Assembly (NCBI GenBank): GCA_951406725.2
Contig: OX597821.1
Coordinates: 23,002,001-23,066,000, forward strand
Source: Octopus vulgaris
Taxonomy: Eukaryota
Direction: 5' to 3'
Length of the DNA stretch: 64,000 bases
The notes below the pieces were generated by a model. The model did no database searches, was not told where the DNA came from, and saw only the letters and a program-made list of their open reading frames with translations. The first letter of the stretch is position 1; every line of letters starts with the position of its first letter. A program made the translations under genes and the position numbers. This document shows, piece after piece, positions 62,193 to 64,000 of this stretch.

Positions 62193-62266
62193 GGCCGGTT
62201 AACTCAGTTGGTTAGGGCGCCGTGCTAATAACGCGGATGTCGTGGGGTCGAGTCCCATACTGGCCA
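62193..62266 (+). pseudogene. tRNA-Ile(AAT) variant, probable pseudogene
   Basis: Six substitutions: D-stem changes, T54>G in the B box, and a compensatory T-A to C-G pair at the top of the anticodon stem. Confidence 0.75.
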
Positions 62267-62489
62267 GTAACGTTTTCGTTTTTAGATACGTTGGTGTGAG
62301 TTTAAGCAAGTCATTGTCAATCCTCGCAGAAACACCTTTGTACATTATAAACTAGACATATAACTGAAATAGAAGTTCCGTTGCTCACTGTTGCCCAACT
62401 TGGATAATGGTCAAGCAAATCCATGAAATAAATAATCACAGAACGTACTTTTTCCCCAGTAGATCGACTACCACCGCCATCAGATTTAT

Positions 62490-63120
62490 GGGAGGGGTTA
62501 AGACGAGTAAGTTGACCCCCAGTACTCAACTGGTACTTATTTTATCGATCTCGAAAGGATGACAGGCAAAGTCGGACGAAATGCCGCTAAGCATTTTATC
62601 CGGCATATCAACGATTCTGCCAGCTCACCGCCTTATGTTCTTTCAATATTAGAAACATTTTTTTAAGACGGCGAGCAAGCAGATTCGTTTGGACCCCAAG
62701 CAAAATGCTTTGTAGCATTTCGTTCGTCCTTAAGTTCTAAGTTCAAATTCTGCCAAGATCGGCTTTGCCTTTTATCTTTGCGGGGTTGATAAAACAAGTA
62801 CCCGACGACAACTGGGGTCGATGTAATCGACTTACACCCTCCCTACAAATTGCTGGCTTGTGCCAAAATTTGAAACCAATTTTTAAAATAGTCTTCTTTT
62901 TTTTCTTTATTTCTTTTTAAGGCGGCGAAATGGCAGAATCTTTGGCACGCTGGGCAAAATACTTTGCAGCATTTTATCCGTCCTTACATTCTAACTCCAA
63001 ATTCCACCAAGGTCGGCTTTGCCTTTCATCCTTTCAGAATCGGTAAAATTAGTACTCGCAGAGCACTAGGATCGATGTAATCAACTAACGCTCTTCCCCT
63101 TATGCCAAAATTTGAAATCA
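62490..63120. mobile_element. Cluster of diverged family B SINEs
   Basis: One minus-strand copy (62490-62634) and two plus-strand copies (~62667-62880, ~62920-63120). Confidence 0.75.
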
Positions 63121-63329
63121 ATATTAAAATATTTTCTCATGTACGGGTGATCCGCTACAGTTTTATTTTAATATGAACCTAAAAGGATTTATTATTAGTG
63201 TGTACATAAGAGTTTTCAGGACTGACAAAATTCCAACTGTGATTCCCAATATGGGTGCCAAGTCTTCTGTCTTGTATTCCACCATAATTCCACCATTTAT
63301 CAGAGTATATTATTGATGTTTGAGACGTT

Positions 63330-63460
63330 TGAGACGTTTGGGCCCTTAACAGAAAAGTTTTTGTTATCGTTGGCGCTTTGCCTTACCGAGGTCTCAGGTG
63401 ACGCTCGTGAGGATGCTTGGCTGTTCCAAAGGCTTAGTCTTGCCACCACCTGGGGTAATA
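63330..63460 (+). mobile_element. CRE-clade non-LTR retrotransposon C-terminal fragment
   Basis: ETFGP..KFL..L..VSGDARE..WLFQRLSLA..GN matches the recalled CRE RLE C-terminal signature. Confidence 0.6.
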
Positions 63461-63462
63461 CC

Positions 63463-63694
63463 TATTTCTTTACTACCCACAAGGGGCTAAACACAGAGAG
63501 GACAAACAAGGACAGACAAACGGATTAAGTCGATTATATCAACCCCAGTGCGTAACTGGCACTTAATTTATCGACCCCGTAAAGATGAAAGGCAAAGTCG
63601 ACTTCGGCGGAATTTGAACTCAGAACGTAGCGACATAGGACATACTGCAAAGTATTTCGCCCGGCGTGCTAACGTTTCTGCCAGCTCGCCGCCT
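63463..63694 (-). mobile_element. SINE family B, full length
   Basis: Reverse-complement match. Confidence 0.88.
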
Positions 63695-63749
63695 TCACCG
63701 CGGAATGGGAAATGGCGTGACAATTCACTTCATGGATCAAAGCTTGCTG

Positions 63750-63796
<47 letters not shown>

Positions 63797-64000
63797 CGCG
63801 TTATGAGCATTTATAGAAAAATAATAAAATAATACTTTCAAATTATTTCCACGGACCACTAACTGGTACACTTTCCCTTATCTATATCCTTGTTTTTCTG
63901 TTTTCTTTTTTCTTTCTTTCCTTTATTCCTCTCTTTCTGTTTTTATTTTTTTTGTTATTTTATTATTTTATTATTTTTCTTCTTACTTTCTTCTTATTCT

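Overview
AT-rich, microsatellite-dense eukaryotic DNA. The SINE repertoire looks like that of octopus (inferred from recalled repeat families, not from a search). I see no host protein-coding gene: most ORFs in the track are microsatellite or SINE read-throughs. Supported content: (1) one tRNA-Arg(TCG) gene; (2) a co-oriented tRNA-Ile(AAT) cluster over 37-62 kb with 5 identical intact copies, 5 variant or decayed copies and several fragments, partly produced by a triplicated two-tRNA unit and by a 218-bp near-perfect inverted duplication; (3) a near-intact Penelope-like retroelement (RT plus GIY-YIG, Neptune-type) and a second PLE endonuclease remnant; (4) about a dozen hammerhead-ribozyme-like motifs of the minimal PLE type, several with variant cores, palindromic stem III or head-to-head arrangement; (5) non-autonomous Helitrons, one confirmed by paralogous empty sites; (6) a decayed Tc1/IS630-like transposon, and hAT, piggyBac and telomere-repeat MITEs; (7) R4/Dong, RTE, Tx1 and CRE LINE fragments; (8) dozens of copies of three tRNA-derived SINE families. 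The hammerhead set and the tRNA-Ile array are the most interesting signals. All RNA structures were folded by eye and none has been tested.
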